DNA of 64,000 nucleotides, from contig AP024675.1 in NCBI GenBank assembly GCA_025998875.1, positions 629,589-693,588 on the forward strand, written 5' to 3'. The DNA comes from Bacteroidota bacterium (GTDB taxonomy: Bacteria > Bacteroidota > Rhodothermia > JANXDC01). Positions 1-9,439 of the stretch are shown here, piece by piece; within the stretch, counting starts at the first letter, position 1; each line of letters begins with the position of its first letter. The position numbers and the translations under genes are program-made. The notes below the pieces were generated by a model. That model saw only the letters and a program-made list of their open reading frames with translations. It was not told the DNA's origin and made no database searches.

Positions 1-35
1 TTCTGGCCACCCTGTAAGAGAGGGAAGCCGTTTTT

Positions 36-1448
36 ATGGGATGGTGGTCGCTGCTTCCGCCACTGGTCGCCATTGGACTGGCACTGCTCACCCGAGAGGT
101 GTTTTTATCCCTGCTGCTGGGCATCCTGATCGGGGCCATCGTGCTGCACCGGGGCGATGTACTGAGCGGGTTGCGGGAGCTTTTCGATCAGCTCGTGGCC
201 GTTTTTGCGGACGCGGGCAACACGCGCATCCTGATCTTCTGCCTGCTTGTGGGCGGGTTGATGAGCCTGCTACAGGCCTCCGGAGGGGTCGACGGGTTCA
301 TTGCCCGCGCCAGCCGATGGCGCTGGGCGCGTAGCCGGATCGGGGCTCAGTGGCTGGTCTATGTGCTGGGGTTGGTGATTTTTGTGGAATCCAGCATCAC
401 TTGCCTGGTTACCGGCGCCGTAGGACGCCCCCTGTTTGATCGACTCCGGCTATCGCGCGAGAAACTGGCCTATTTCTGCGATGCCACCAGCGCCCCCGTC
501 TGTATGCAGATCCCACTCAACGGGTGGGGGGCTTACGTGCTCGGCCTGCTCATGGCGCAGGGACTGAGCGAGGCCCTGGCCGTGCGGACGCTGCTGGAGA
601 GCCTGCTGTACAATTTCTACAGCCTGATCGTGATCGCAAGCCTGCCTGCGGTGATCTACGGGCTGGACTTCGGGCCCATGCGCCGGGCCGAGGAACGGGC
701 CCGGAATACGGGCAAAGTGCTCCGCGATGGGGCGAAACCTCTGGTGGCCGAAGAGGTCGTCTTCCACGCCCCACCACCGGATCGACCCCATCGGGCCCGC
801 AACATGCTGATCCCGCTGGGCGTGATGATCGCCATGATCCCCTTCGGGCTCTGGGTGACGGGAAACGGCAATCCCATGCAAGGATCCGGCTCCACGGCCG
901 TGTTGTGGGCGGTGAGCGCCGCTACGGCCGTGGCGCTGATGCTGGGCGTTGCGCAACGGCTTTTTTCCCTTTCGGAGGGCGTACAACTGGTGCTCAAGGG
1001 CTCCTCCGGCCTGCTTCCGGTAACTATCCTGCTTGTTTTCGCCTTCGCCCTTGGCCACCTGTGCCGGGAACTGGGTCTGGGCCCCTATGTGGCCAGCCTG
1101 TTATCCCCGGACTGGCCTCTGTTTTGGATCCCCGCGCTGGTGTTCGTAACCGGATGCGTGATTTCCTTTACGCTGGGCTCCAGCTGGGGGGCGTTTGCCA
1201 TCCTCATGCCCGTGGCCGTGCCCCTAGCGCAGGCGACGGGCCTACCGCTCCCCCTCGTGGTGGCCGCCGTACTGAGCGGAGGGGTATTCGGAGATCACAC
1301 CTCTCCCCTCTCGGATACGACGATCATCTCCTCCATGGCCGCTGTATGCGACCATATGGATCACGTGCGCACCCAGTTGCCCTATGGGCTGGGGGCAGCT
1401 GCGCTGGCGAGCGGGGCTTTTGTCGTAGCGGGCTGGTTGCTCAGCTGA
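36..1448 (+). CDS. polytopic membrane transporter, NhaC-family Na+/H+ antiporter-like
   Basis: 470-aa ORF with many hydrophobic helices and a central hydrophilic loop. The family call rests on recalled NhaC-like architecture only. Confidence 0.45.
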   Translation: MGWWSLLPPLVAIGLALLTREVFLSLLLGILIGAIVLHRGDVLSGLRELFDQLVAVFADAGNTRILIFCLLVGGLMSLLQASGGVDGFIARASRWRWARSRIGAQWLVYVLGLVIFVESSITCLVTGAVGRPLFDRLRLSREKLAYFCDATSAPVCMQIPLNGWGAYVLGLLMAQGLSEALAVRTLLESLLYNFYSLIVIASLPAVIYGLDFGPMRRAEERARNTGKVLRDGAKPLVAEEVVFHAPPPDRPHRARNMLIPLGVMIAMIPFGLWVTGNGNPMQGSGSTAVLWAVSAATAVALMLGVAQRLFSLSEGVQLVLKGSSGLLPVTILLVFAFALGHLCRELGLGPYVASLLSPDWPLFWIPALVFVTGCVISFTLGSSWGAFAILMPVAVPLAQATGLPLPLVVAAVLSGGVFGDHTSPLSDTTIISSMAAVCDHMDHVRTQLPYGLGAAALASGAFVVAGWLLS

Positions 1449-2335
1449 GCGGAGGGATAGTAGAGGCGCTGCGCCGCATGCAGCGTGTTTTCCAGGAGCA
1501 TGGCGATCGTCATAGGCCCCACCCCACCGGGCACAGGTGTGATCGCGCTCGTCCGTGGAGCCACAGCCTCGAAATCCACATCCCCCACCAGCACGTAACC
1601 CCGCGGGTGGGTCGGATCCGAGAGCCGGTTGATGCCCACATCGATGACCACAGCGCCGGGGCAGACCATCTCCGCCGTCACAAAACGCGGACGCCCGATA
1701 GCGACGACGAGAACTTCCGCGGTTCGCGTGATCTCTGCCAGATTCGGGGTCCGGCTATGGCAGACGGTCACCGTGGCATCCATACCCCGCTGCAGAAGCA
1801 GGTTGGCCAGCGGCAACCCCACGATATGGCTTCGCCCCAGGATGACCACCCGGCGGCCGCTCAATTCGATATCGTAGGCCCGTAGCAGTTCCACAATCCC
1901 GGCCGGTGTACAGGGCCGAAATCCGGGTTGCCCCAGTACCAGACGGCCCACGTTGATCGGATGAAACCCGTCGACATCTTTGGCCGGATCCAGCGCGGCG
2001 ATAACCCGATCCGGGTTGATGTGCTCCGGCAGGGGAAGCTGCACGAGAATACCATCCACGGCGGCATCGGCGTTGAGCCGATGAATGTGGCCGAGCAGCT
2101 CCTCTTCGGAAATGTCCAGAGGCAGATGGATGGTCTCCGAATCGATGCCCACCTCAGCCGCCGCACGCCTTTTTGCCCGCACATAGGAGGCGGAGGCGGG
2201 ATGATCCCCCACGAGAATCACGGCCAGAAACGGCCTGCGGTGCCCTTCCGCCCCACTCCATCGCTCCAGCTCTTGCCGCAACCGCTGCAGGCGGGTCTCG
2301 GCCACTCGTCTACCGTCCAGAATCCGATAGGACAT
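1382..2335 (-). CDS. folD: bifunctional methylene-THF dehydrogenase/methenyl-THF cyclohydrolase
   Basis: Protein MSYRILDG...VILVGDHPASASYVRAKRRAAAEVGI... is the FolD signature. Start trimmed to the in-frame ATG at 2335; the track start is 2359. It carries a roughly 30-aa C-terminal extension. Confidence 0.85.
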   Translation of the reverse strand: MSYRILDGRRVAETRLQRLRQELERWSGAEGHRRPFLAVILVGDHPASASYVRAKRRAAAEVGIDSETIHLPLDISEEELLGHIHRLNADAAVDGILVQLPLPEHINPDRVIAALDPAKDVDGFHPINVGRLVLGQPGFRPCTPAGIVELLRAYDIELSGRRVVILGRSHIVGLPLANLLLQRGMDATVTVCHSRTPNLAEITRTAEVLVVAIGRPRFVTAEMVCPGAVVIDVGINRLSDPTHPRGYVLVGDVDFEAVAPRTSAITPVPGGVGPMTIAMLLENTLHAAQRLYYPSAQLSNQPATTKAPLASAAAPSP

Positions 2336-2348
2336 CGCTTTCTCCCGG

Positions 2349-3983
2349 CTACTTGGCATAGGATACAGCGCGCACCTCGCGGATCACGGTCACCTTGATC
2401 TGGCCAGGGTACTGCATTTCCTGTTCGATCTTTTTGGCGATATCTATGGCCAACAGCTCCGCGCGCGCATCGTCGACCCTGTCCGCCTCCACAGTGACGC
2501 GCACCTCACGGCCCGCCTGCAGGGCGTAGACCTTCTGTACCCCCTCGAATTGGCTGGCGATCTCTTCGAGCTTCTGCAGCCGCTTGATGTACTGCTCGAT
2601 GGTCTCCCGTCGCGCGCCCGGGCGGGCCCCGCTGATGGCATCGGCCGCCTGCACGAGGGGCGAGATGGGGTTGTCCATCTCGATCTCATCGTGATGAGCG
2701 CCCACGGCATTGCAGACGATCGGGTGCTCGCCATACCGGCGACAGTACTCCATGCCCACCAGCGCATGAGGGCCCTCGGGCTCCCCCTCGACGACCTTGC
2801 CGATATCGTGTAGCAACCCGGCGCGCTTGGCCAGCTTGGCGTCCAGCCCCAACTCGGCGGCCATAATGGCCGCCAGACGGGCCACCTCCATGGAATGGGC
2901 CAGCAGGTTCTGCCCGTAGCTGGAACGAAAACGCATCCGCCCCACCAGACGCACCAGCTCCGGGTGCATGTTCGCGATACCCAGCTCGATGACAGCCCGC
3001 TCCCCGGTCTGGAAGATCTCCTCCTCGATCTCCTGTCGGACCCGGGCCACCACCTCTTCGATACGAGCCGGGTGGATGCGCCCATCCTGGATGAGCCGTT
3101 CCAGGGCGATGCGGGCGATCTCGCGCCGCACGGGGTCGAAGCAGGACAGGATTACGGCCTCGGGGGTATCGTCGACGATCACCTCCACCCCGGTGGCCGC
3201 CTCGAAGGCGCGAATGTTCCTTCCCTCCCGGCCGATGATGCGGCCTTTCATGTCGTCGGACTGGATGTTGACCACGCTGACCGTATTCTCGATCGTATGT
3301 TCGGCCGCTGTGCGCTGAATGGCCTGGATGATGATCTTCTTAGCCTCCCGGTTGGCCTGCAGACGAGCCTGTTCGCGAATTTCCTTGATGAGCTGGGCCG
3401 CCTCATTGCGGGCCTCTTCGAGCATGTTTTCGATGAGCATCTGACGGGCCTCCTCGGCCGTAAGCCCTGCTATGCGCTCCAGGCGCTGATTCTGCTCCCG
3501 GCGCAGGGCCTCGAGCTCTTCCAGCTTCTGGCTGTATTCGGCTTGCAGACGGCGATAGCGCTGCTCCTCCTCGCGTAGCTGCTGCTCCCGGAGGTTGAGC
3601 TGGTCGGCCCGGCGATCGAGGTTGAACTCCCGGTTTTTGAGCTGCTGTTCGAATTCCTGCAGCTTGGTTCGACGGCGCTCGACCTCCTGATCAAACTCCT
3701 GCTTCTTGCGCAGCCATTCGTCTTTGGCTTCGATCAGCTTCTCGCGCTTGAGGTTTTCGGCCTCCCGCTGCGCTTTGCGCAGCAGATCATCGGCCTCCCG
3801 CTGGGCCCGCTTGCGCACATCCTCGGCCTGCCGAGTAGCCCGATCCAGCACCTCCCGGGCCCGTTCCTCGGCCTGTTGCACAATCCAATGGGCACGCCGG
3901 CGTAGCAAGCCCCGACCCAGGACGTAACCACCCCCCAGGGCCAGGGCCGCAGCCGCGGCCACCACGAGCCACATGATGTCCAT
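2349..3983 (-). CDS. rny: ribonuclease Y
   Basis: N-terminal TM helix, long coiled coil, KH domain ([19 protein letters not shown]) and HD domain (LLHDIGK); 544 aa. Confidence 0.9.
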   Translation of the reverse strand: MDIMWLVVAAAAALALGGGYVLGRGLLRRRAHWIVQQAEERAREVLDRATRQAEDVRKRAQREADDLLRKAQREAENLKREKLIEAKDEWLRKKQEFDQEVERRRTKLQEFEQQLKNREFNLDRRADQLNLREQQLREEEQRYRRLQAEYSQKLEELEALRREQNQRLERIAGLTAEEARQMLIENMLEEARNEAAQLIKEIREQARLQANREAKKIIIQAIQRTAAEHTIENTVSVVNIQSDDMKGRIIGREGRNIRAFEAATGVEVIVDDTPEAVILSCFDPVRREIARIALERLIQDGRIHPARIEEVVARVRQEIEEEIFQTGERAVIELGIANMHPELVRLVGRMRFRSSYGQNLLAHSMEVARLAAIMAAELGLDAKLAKRAGLLHDIGKVVEGEPEGPHALVGMEYCRRYGEHPIVCNAVGAHHDEIEMDNPISPLVQAADAISGARPGARRETIEQYIKRLQKLEEIASQFEGVQKVYALQAGREVRVTVEADRVDDARAELLAIDIAKKIEQEMQYPGQIKVTVIREVRAVSYAK

Positions 3984-4015
3984 AAAAGCTCATACTCCTC
4001 TCCATGTGTGATGGG

Positions 4016-4366
4016 TTACGATCCGGCCGACTTCTTAGGCCTCCGCCTGCGGGCGGGTGCCGCATCGGCCGGAGGGGCCTCGTGGGCGATCCGATCCAGA
4101 AAATCGGCCACCTCCCGCAGCGCGGCGCGCCACGTCTCCTCGGCCACTTGCGACTGCTGCTGACAGAACCGCAACTCCAGAGCCAAATATAAAGCCGCCA
4201 TAATGGCGTACAGCGTATCCGACAAACCCGGCCGCTGCGTGCGGAATTCGCGCATCCGCTGATCAATCTCCTCGGCGGCCTGCGAGAACTCCCACTGCCG
4301 CGCTGGCGGGACCTGGAAGGTGTATTCCCTGTCCAGGATCTGGATTCGAACGGAGACCAGCTCCAT
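4016..4366 (-). CDS. zapA: cell division protein ZapA-like
   Basis: 116-aa protein MELVSVRIQILDREYTFQV... matches the ZapA fold pattern. It lies downstream of pheT as in Bacillus, and its start overlaps the stop of the upstream ORF (TGATG). Confidence 0.5.
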   Translation of the reverse strand: MELVSVRIQILDREYTFQVPPARQWEFSQAAEEIDQRMREFRTQRPGLSDTLYAIMAALYLALELRFCQQQSQVAEETWRAALREVADFLDRIAHEAPPADAAPARRRRPKKSAGS

Positions 4367-4698
4367 CAGGTTTCCCCGGCGCTAGGTTTCTGCTTCTTGC
4401 CTCGAGCGCGGGCGGGAGCCAGCAGGGCATCCATCTGCCTGATCAGCTCCTGAAGCTGCCCTTTGACCTGCCCCCAGCGCTGCGGGTCCACGGGGCTTTC
4501 GAGACGACGGGCCAGCTCCTGACGCAACCGAAGGATCTCCTGATCCCGTTCGGTCACCGTCAAACGCAACCGCTCGACCTGGACCTCCAGGGCGGCGCGC
4601 TCTGAGCGCAGCTGGCGTATCAGGGCCTCGAGAGCATAGAGCCGCTCCCAGAGTGCTTTCCATTCTGGCCTATCCGAGAACGGGTAATCCGCTTTCAT
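4366..4698 (-). CDS. small coiled-coil protein, possibly ZapB-like
   Basis: 110 aa, strongly heptad/coiled-coil, no other domain. Its start overlaps the pheT stop, so it is translationally coupled to pheT and zapA. Confidence 0.3.
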   Translation of the reverse strand: MKADYPFSDRPEWKALWERLYALEALIRQLRSERAALEVQVERLRLTVTERDQEILRLRQELARRLESPVDPQRWGQVKGQLQELIRQMDALLAPARARGKKQKPSAGET

Positions 4699-7136
4699 CG
4701 GCGCAACCGTGCTCCTAGATGCGTTTCCGCAGCCTGTACCATTCGATCCAGTACGGCCTGTACCTCGGCCTCCGTAAGGGTCCGCTCCGGATGGGCCAGC
4801 CGGAGCCGATAGGCCAGGCTGCGCGTGTTCGGGGGAAGGCGTTCCCCCTGATACAGATCAAAGAGCTCCAGCTCTATAAGCTCGGGTTGCCCGACCTGGC
4901 GAAGCAATCGCTCCAGTTCTCCGGCCCTCACCTCCAGAGGGACCACGAACGCCACATCCCGCTCGACGATGGGCTGGCGACTGAAGGGCGAATACGCGCG
5001 CGCACTGACCCGTCTCTGTACCGCCCCCTGTATCGCCTCCCAGTTCAGTTCCGCAAACACCACGGGGCGACGGAGCTCGAAACGCTCCTCCAGACGCGGG
5101 GTGGAACGCCCCATCCAGCCGACGAGATGCTCTCCGTAATAGAGCTGGACCAGATCGCAAAACCACCCCACCGGTTCGTCGGGGACGACGAAGGCAAAGC
5201 GATCCAGTCCAAGCCCCTCGCAGAGCGCCTCCAGCAGACCACGCATATCGAACCAGTCAACCTCTTTCATGGGCCGATCCCAGGCCAAAGGCGCCCGGAG
5301 GCCACTTAGGATTATGCCCAGGTGGAGCCGCTCTTCATATCCCGGGACGGGCCCTGAGGTGGCTTCCGGTCGGCGGCGAAAAACCCGCCCGAACTCGAAG
5401 AAGCGCACGTCTTCCTGCTGGTGGCGCTGATTGTGCGAGACGATGCGCAACAGCCCCGGGATCAGGCTCGGCCGTGCCACGACCATATCCGCCGAAATGG
5501 GGTTGATCGTACGCACCCACTCCTGCGCAGGTGCGAAGGGCTCGGCCAGGGCCTCGGACAGAAGACTGTTGGCGTACACCTCCCAGAGCCCCATACCGGC
5601 CAGCACATCCCGCATGCGATCGGTACGCGCAAAGTCCTCCTCCTCTCCTTCGCCCGGATACGGTAGGGGCACGCGCTCCGGCAGCGTCAGGCTGTCCCAG
5701 CCCCGGATGCGCCCCACCTCCTCGATGAGATCCACCTCTCGATCCAGATCGGGCCGATAGCCGGGAATCGTACACTTCCAGCTCCCTTCGGATTCCGGCT
5801 CCAGCTTCAGACCCAGCCGGGAGAGCACGCCCACGACCTCTTCGGCCCCGTAGCGAGAGCCCAGGAGCGCGTTGAGCCGGCTGAGCCGGAGCCGGACCTG
5901 TCGTAGGGGGATGGGCCGGGGGTAGAGATCCACTGTTCCGGGCACCACCTCCGCTCCCGTCAGCTCGGCGATGAGCTGAGCGGCACGCTCGGCCGCCCAC
6001 AGCGCCCCCTCGGGATCCACCCCGCGCTCAAAGCGATAGGAGGCTTCCGTGTTCAACCCGAGTTGCCGAGCCGCCCGGCGGACAGCGGCGGGATGAAAGT
6101 AGGCGCTCTCCAGGAGCACCCGGCGCGTCTCCGGGCCCACCTCGGAATTGGCCCCGCCCATCACGCCGGCAATAGCAACGGGCTTTTCCGCGTCGCAGAT
6201 CAGCAAGATCCCCTCCTGCAAGGTTCGCAGCCGGCCATCGAGCGTTTCGATCTGCTCTCCAGAGCGGGAAAGACGAACCCGGATCTCAGGGCCGGCCAGT
6301 TTATCCAGATCGAAGGCGTGCAGGGGCTGACCGATCTCGAGCATGACGAAGTTCGTCACATCCACCACATTATTGACCGATCGCATGCCCGCCGCACGCA
6401 GACGCCGGACGAGCCACTGGGGGGAGGGCCCGACGCGCACGTTGTCGATGAGCTTGGCCACATATCGGGGACAGGCTTCCGCATGCTCTATTACGACCCG
6501 CACCATACGAGCCGCCTCGCCGGGTTGACGACAGAGGGTCACCGCAGGCAGACGCAGATCCCGATCGGCCAGCGCGGATATCTCGCGCGCCACACCCACA
6601 TGCGAGGCCGCATCAGCCCGGTTGGGGGTGAGCTCGATCTCCAGTACCACGTCGGGCTCCAGATCCCAGTATGCGGCCAGGGGCTGTCCCACAGGGGCAT
6701 CGTCGGGCAGGACGAGGATGCCGGAATGGTCCTCGCCGAGCCCCAGTTCATCTTCGGCGCAGATCATCCCCTCCGATAGGACGCCCCGAATGGAGCTTTC
6801 CCGAATCGGAAGTCGTCCTCCGGCGCCGCGCTCAAACGGCAGTACCGCTCCGGGCAGGGCCACGGCGACCTTCTGACCTGCGGCGACGTTTGGCGCGCCG
6901 CAGACGATCTGCAGAGCCCGCTCCCGTCCCACATCGACCCGACAGAGGCGCAGCCGGTCGGCGTTCGGATGGGGCAGGCATTCGAGTATCCGCCCAATTA
7001 CCACCCCCTCGAGACGATCCCCGAAGGGCTCTACAGAGGCCACCTCCAGACCGGCGCGCGTGAGCCGCTCCGCGAGCTCCTCTACGGTCCAGGGGATATC
7101 CACATACGTCTGCAACCAGCGCAACGAGATCCGCAT
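4695..7136 (-). CDS. pheT: phenylalanine--tRNA ligase beta subunit
   Basis: 813 aa; N-terminus MRISLRWLQTYVD... and the B3/4, B5 and anticodon-binding-like regions are typical of PheT. Confidence 0.95.
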   Translation of the reverse strand: MRISLRWLQTYVDIPWTVEELAERLTRAGLEVASVEPFGDRLEGVVIGRILECLPHPNADRLRLCRVDVGRERALQIVCGAPNVAAGQKVAVALPGAVLPFERGAGGRLPIRESSIRGVLSEGMICAEDELGLGEDHSGILVLPDDAPVGQPLAAYWDLEPDVVLEIELTPNRADAASHVGVAREISALADRDLRLPAVTLCRQPGEAARMVRVVIEHAEACPRYVAKLIDNVRVGPSPQWLVRRLRAAGMRSVNNVVDVTNFVMLEIGQPLHAFDLDKLAGPEIRVRLSRSGEQIETLDGRLRTLQEGILLICDAEKPVAIAGVMGGANSEVGPETRRVLLESAYFHPAAVRRAARQLGLNTEASYRFERGVDPEGALWAAERAAQLIAELTGAEVVPGTVDLYPRPIPLRQVRLRLSRLNALLGSRYGAEEVVGVLSRLGLKLEPESEGSWKCTIPGYRPDLDREVDLIEEVGRIRGWDSLTLPERVPLPYPGEGEEEDFARTDRMRDVLAGMGLWEVYANSLLSEALAEPFAPAQEWVRTINPISADMVVARPSLIPGLLRIVSHNQRHQQEDVRFFEFGRVFRRRPEATSGPVPGYEERLHLGIILSGLRAPLAWDRPMKEVDWFDMRGLLEALCEGLGLDRFAFVVPDEPVGWFCDLVQLYYGEHLVGWMGRSTPRLEERFELRRPVVFAELNWEAIQGAVQRRVSARAYSPFSRQPIVERDVAFVVPLEVRAGELERLLRQVGQPELIELELFDLYQGERLPPNTRSLAYRLRLAHPERTLTEAEVQAVLDRMVQAAETHLGARLRR

Positions 7137-7146
7137 ATATGCCCCC

Positions 7147-8181
7147 TCAGCTTATGGGGAACTGGCGCAGAAAGCGCAGGTCGTTTTCATAAAAAAGCCG
7201 GATATCGTCGATCTGGTAGCGCAGCATGGCGATGCGCTCCACACCCAAACCAAAAGCATAGCCCGTATAGCGCTCCGGATCGATGCCAACGGCCTCGAAG
7301 ACGTTGGGATCGACCATGCCACAACCCAGGATCTCCACCCAGCCGGAGCCCTTACAGACCCGACATCCGGTTCCCCCACAGAGGAAACAGCTCACATCCA
7401 CCTCAGCGCTGGGCTCGGTGAAGGGAAAGAAACTCGTGCGCAACCGGATCCGGGCCGATGGGCCGAACATATGTCGGGCGAAAACCTGCAGGGTCTGCAC
7501 CAGATCGGCCATCGTCACCCCTTCATCCACATACAGCCCTTCGACCTGGTGGAAAAGGCAATAGCTACGGGCGCTGATGGTCTCGTTGCGATAGACGCGT
7601 CCCGGGGCGATGATGCGGATCGGGGGAGGCTTGCGCTCCATCACACGCACCTGCACCGGTGAGGTATGCGTGCGTAGAAGCACCTCAGAGTCCACAAACA
7701 GGGTATCCTGCATATCGCGGGCCGGATGCTCAGGGGGGAAATTGAGCGCGGTGAAGTTGTACCAGTCCGTCTCGATCTCCGGCCCCTCTGCCACAGCGAA
7801 CCCCATACGAGTGAAGATGCGCACGATCGTGCGCAGCGTCTGGGTGAGCGGGTGCACCCCGCCGACGAAAGGCCTGCGCCCGGGCAGGGACAGGTCCCCG
7901 ATCGGGCTCTGCTGGGCCTCGCGCGCCTCGATCTCGGCCCGGAGCCGCTCATAGCGGGCCAGCACGGCTTCTTTGAGCGCATTGAGCTGTCGCCCCCAGC
8001 GGGCGCGCTCCTCACGGGGCAGTTCGGGCAACCGATCGAAGTAGGCGCTCAGCACCCCCTTTCGGCCCAGAAAGTACGCCTTGAACTGCTCCAGCTCGGA
8101 ACGGGAACTGACGGGATAGGCCTCGATCTGCTCGGCCAGCTCCTGGAGATGTGCTGCAAGTAGCTCCATATCATGCTCCAT
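7147..8181 (-). CDS. pheS: phenylalanine--tRNA ligase alpha subunit
   Basis: 344 aa with class II aaRS motifs (FPFTEPSAEVDV, GCGMVDPNV). Confidence 0.95.
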   Translation of the reverse strand: MEHDMELLAAHLQELAEQIEAYPVSSRSELEQFKAYFLGRKGVLSAYFDRLPELPREERARWGRQLNALKEAVLARYERLRAEIEAREAQQSPIGDLSLPGRRPFVGGVHPLTQTLRTIVRIFTRMGFAVAEGPEIETDWYNFTALNFPPEHPARDMQDTLFVDSEVLLRTHTSPVQVRVMERKPPPIRIIAPGRVYRNETISARSYCLFHQVEGLYVDEGVTMADLVQTLQVFARHMFGPSARIRLRTSFFPFTEPSAEVDVSCFLCGGTGCRVCKGSGWVEILGCGMVDPNVFEAVGIDPERYTGYAFGLGVERIAMLRYQIDDIRLFYENDLRFLRQFPIS

Positions 8182-8189
8182 CTGGCCTG

Positions 8190-8229
8190 TGAAAATACCA
8201 CGAAGGGCTCGAGCGCGCTCGAGCCCTTC
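8190..8229 (-). terminator. intrinsic terminator/attenuator between rplT and pheS
   Basis: Perfect 28-nt palindrome GAAGGGCTCGAGCGCGCTCGAGCCCTTC. On the minus-strand transcript it is followed by GUGGUAUUUUCAC. It sits between the L20 stop and the pheS ATG. Confidence 0.55.
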
Positions 8230-8253
8230 GCATAGCCAACATCATGGGCGCGC

Positions 8254-8601
8254 TCAATGCAAAGCGGCTTCCACCACCGCGGCAAAGGCCTGGGGATCGC
8301 GCACGGCCAGATCGGCCAGCATCTTGCGGTTAAGCGCCATCCCTTTTTTGCGCATGGCATCGATCAGGCGGGCATAGGTGGTGCCATGCGCTCGGGCGGC
8401 GGCGTTGATGCGTATAATCCAGAGGCGACGAAAATCCCGCTTCCGCTGGCGGCGGTCGCGGTACATGTACTGCATCGCCTTCTCAACGCTGTATTTGGCG
8501 ATCGTGTAGTTTTTGCTGCGCCTGCCCCAGAAACCTTTGGCCTGCTTGAGGATTTTCTTGCGTCGGCGCCTGGAGGCCACACTGTTCGTTGCGCGTGGCA
8601 T
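8254..8601 (-). CDS. rplT: 50S ribosomal protein L20
   Basis: 115 aa [28 protein letters not shown]... is classic L20. ATG verified at 8601; the track ORF extends further upstream. An AAGGAG Shine-Dalgarno lies upstream. Confidence 0.95.
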   Translation of the reverse strand: MPRATNSVASRRRRKKILKQAKGFWGRRSKNYTIAKYSVEKAMQYMYRDRRQRKRDFRRLWIIRINAAARAHGTTYARLIDAMRKKGMALNRKMLADLAVRDPQAFAAVVEAALH

Positions 8602-8636
8602 GTCTGGCCTGCTCCTTCTTTTGTCTGACGGCGAAC

Positions 8637-8831
8637 TCAAACAGCCAGCAGCCGCCTGATGCGGGGCACGTCGACGGAGGCCACCACATCGGCCTGGCGG
8701 AGGCGGCGCTTGCGCTTGGGCCGCTTCTTGGTAAGCAGATGGCTGTGCCCGGCCCGATAGCGACGGATCTTGCCCGTGGCGGTAACCCGGAAACGCTTCT
8801 TGGCCGAGCTGTTGCTTTTCATCTTCGGCAT
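8637..8831 (-). CDS. rpmI: 50S ribosomal protein L35
   Basis: 64 aa [24 protein letters not shown]...; ATG verified at 8831. Confidence 0.9.
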   Translation of the reverse strand: MPKMKSNSSAKKRFRVTATGKIRRYRAGHSHLLTKKRPKRKRRLRQADVVASVDVPRIRRLLAV

Positions 8832-8892
8832 CGCTGTCCTCTCTGGCGAGTACGGCGGGAATCCAAAGATAGCCATCCAGAGCCGAGCTTGT

Positions 8893-8935
8893 CAAAAAAA
8901 CGAGCCCGACCCTTGCTCGTGCGACACCGGCGGGC
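8893..8935 (-). terminator. putative attenuator hairpin in the infC-rpmI spacer
   Basis: GC stem (AGCCCG...CGGGCU) overlapping the infC stop, followed on the minus transcript by a UUUUUUU run. Confidence 0.35.
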
Positions 8936-9438
8936 TATTTCTTCTTTCTATCGGGTGTGAGGATCATGCTCAGCCGCTTGCCTTCCAGTTTGGGAGGCAC
9001 CTCGATCCTGCTGACATCCTCGAGTGCCTGGGCAAAGCGGGCCAGCATCTCCTCCCCCCGTTCCTGATAGACGATGTCCCGACCCCGGAACTGAACGTAG
9101 ACGCGCACTTTATTGCCCTCAAGCAGAAACTCGCGCGCATGACGGGCCTTGAAGGCGAAATCGTGCGTGTCCGTGACGGGCCGCAGCCGGATTTCCTTGA
9201 CCTCCGTGCTCTGCTGCCGCTTGCGCGCCTCGCGCTCTTTTTTCTGCTGCTCGTACCGGAATTTCCCGTAGTCGATGATCTTGCACACCGGGGGGTCTGC
9301 ATGCGGGGCGATCTCCACGAGATCCAACCCCAGCTCGCGCGCCATCTCCAGGGCCTTTTCCCGCGTGTAGATGCCATGCCTGCCGTCCGGGGAGACCACC
9401 CGAACCACGCGGGCCCGGATCTGCTCGTTGACGCGCAC
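8935..9438 (-). CDS. infC: translation initiation factor IF-3
   Basis: RVNEQIRARVVRV...EIAPHADPPVCKIIDYGKF...KEIRLRP... aligns with IF-3. The track start at 9438 is GTG; an in-frame AUA lies 9 codons upstream. The true start is uncertain. Confidence 0.9.
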   Translation of the reverse strand: MRVNEQIRARVVRVVSPDGRHGIYTREKALEMARELGLDLVEIAPHADPPVCKIIDYGKFRYEQQKKEREARKRQQSTEVKEIRLRPVTDTHDFAFKARHAREFLLEGNKVRVYVQFRGRDIVYQERGEEMLARFAQALEDVSRIEVPPKLEGKRLSMILTPDRKKK

Positions 9439-9439
9439 C

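Noticed and set aside
524-1885. 453-aa plus-strand ORF overlapping nhaC-like and antisense to folD
   Set aside because: It is Arg/Gly/Pro-rich and low-complexity, spans two well-supported genes in other frames or strands, and is a typical spurious long ORF in 65% GC DNA.
8182-8253. Possible pheM-like Phe-rich leader peptide for attenuation control of pheST
   Set aside because: The only short ORF in the spacer (MMLAMRRARARSSPSWYFHRPD) has a single Phe, so there is no Phe-codon run.
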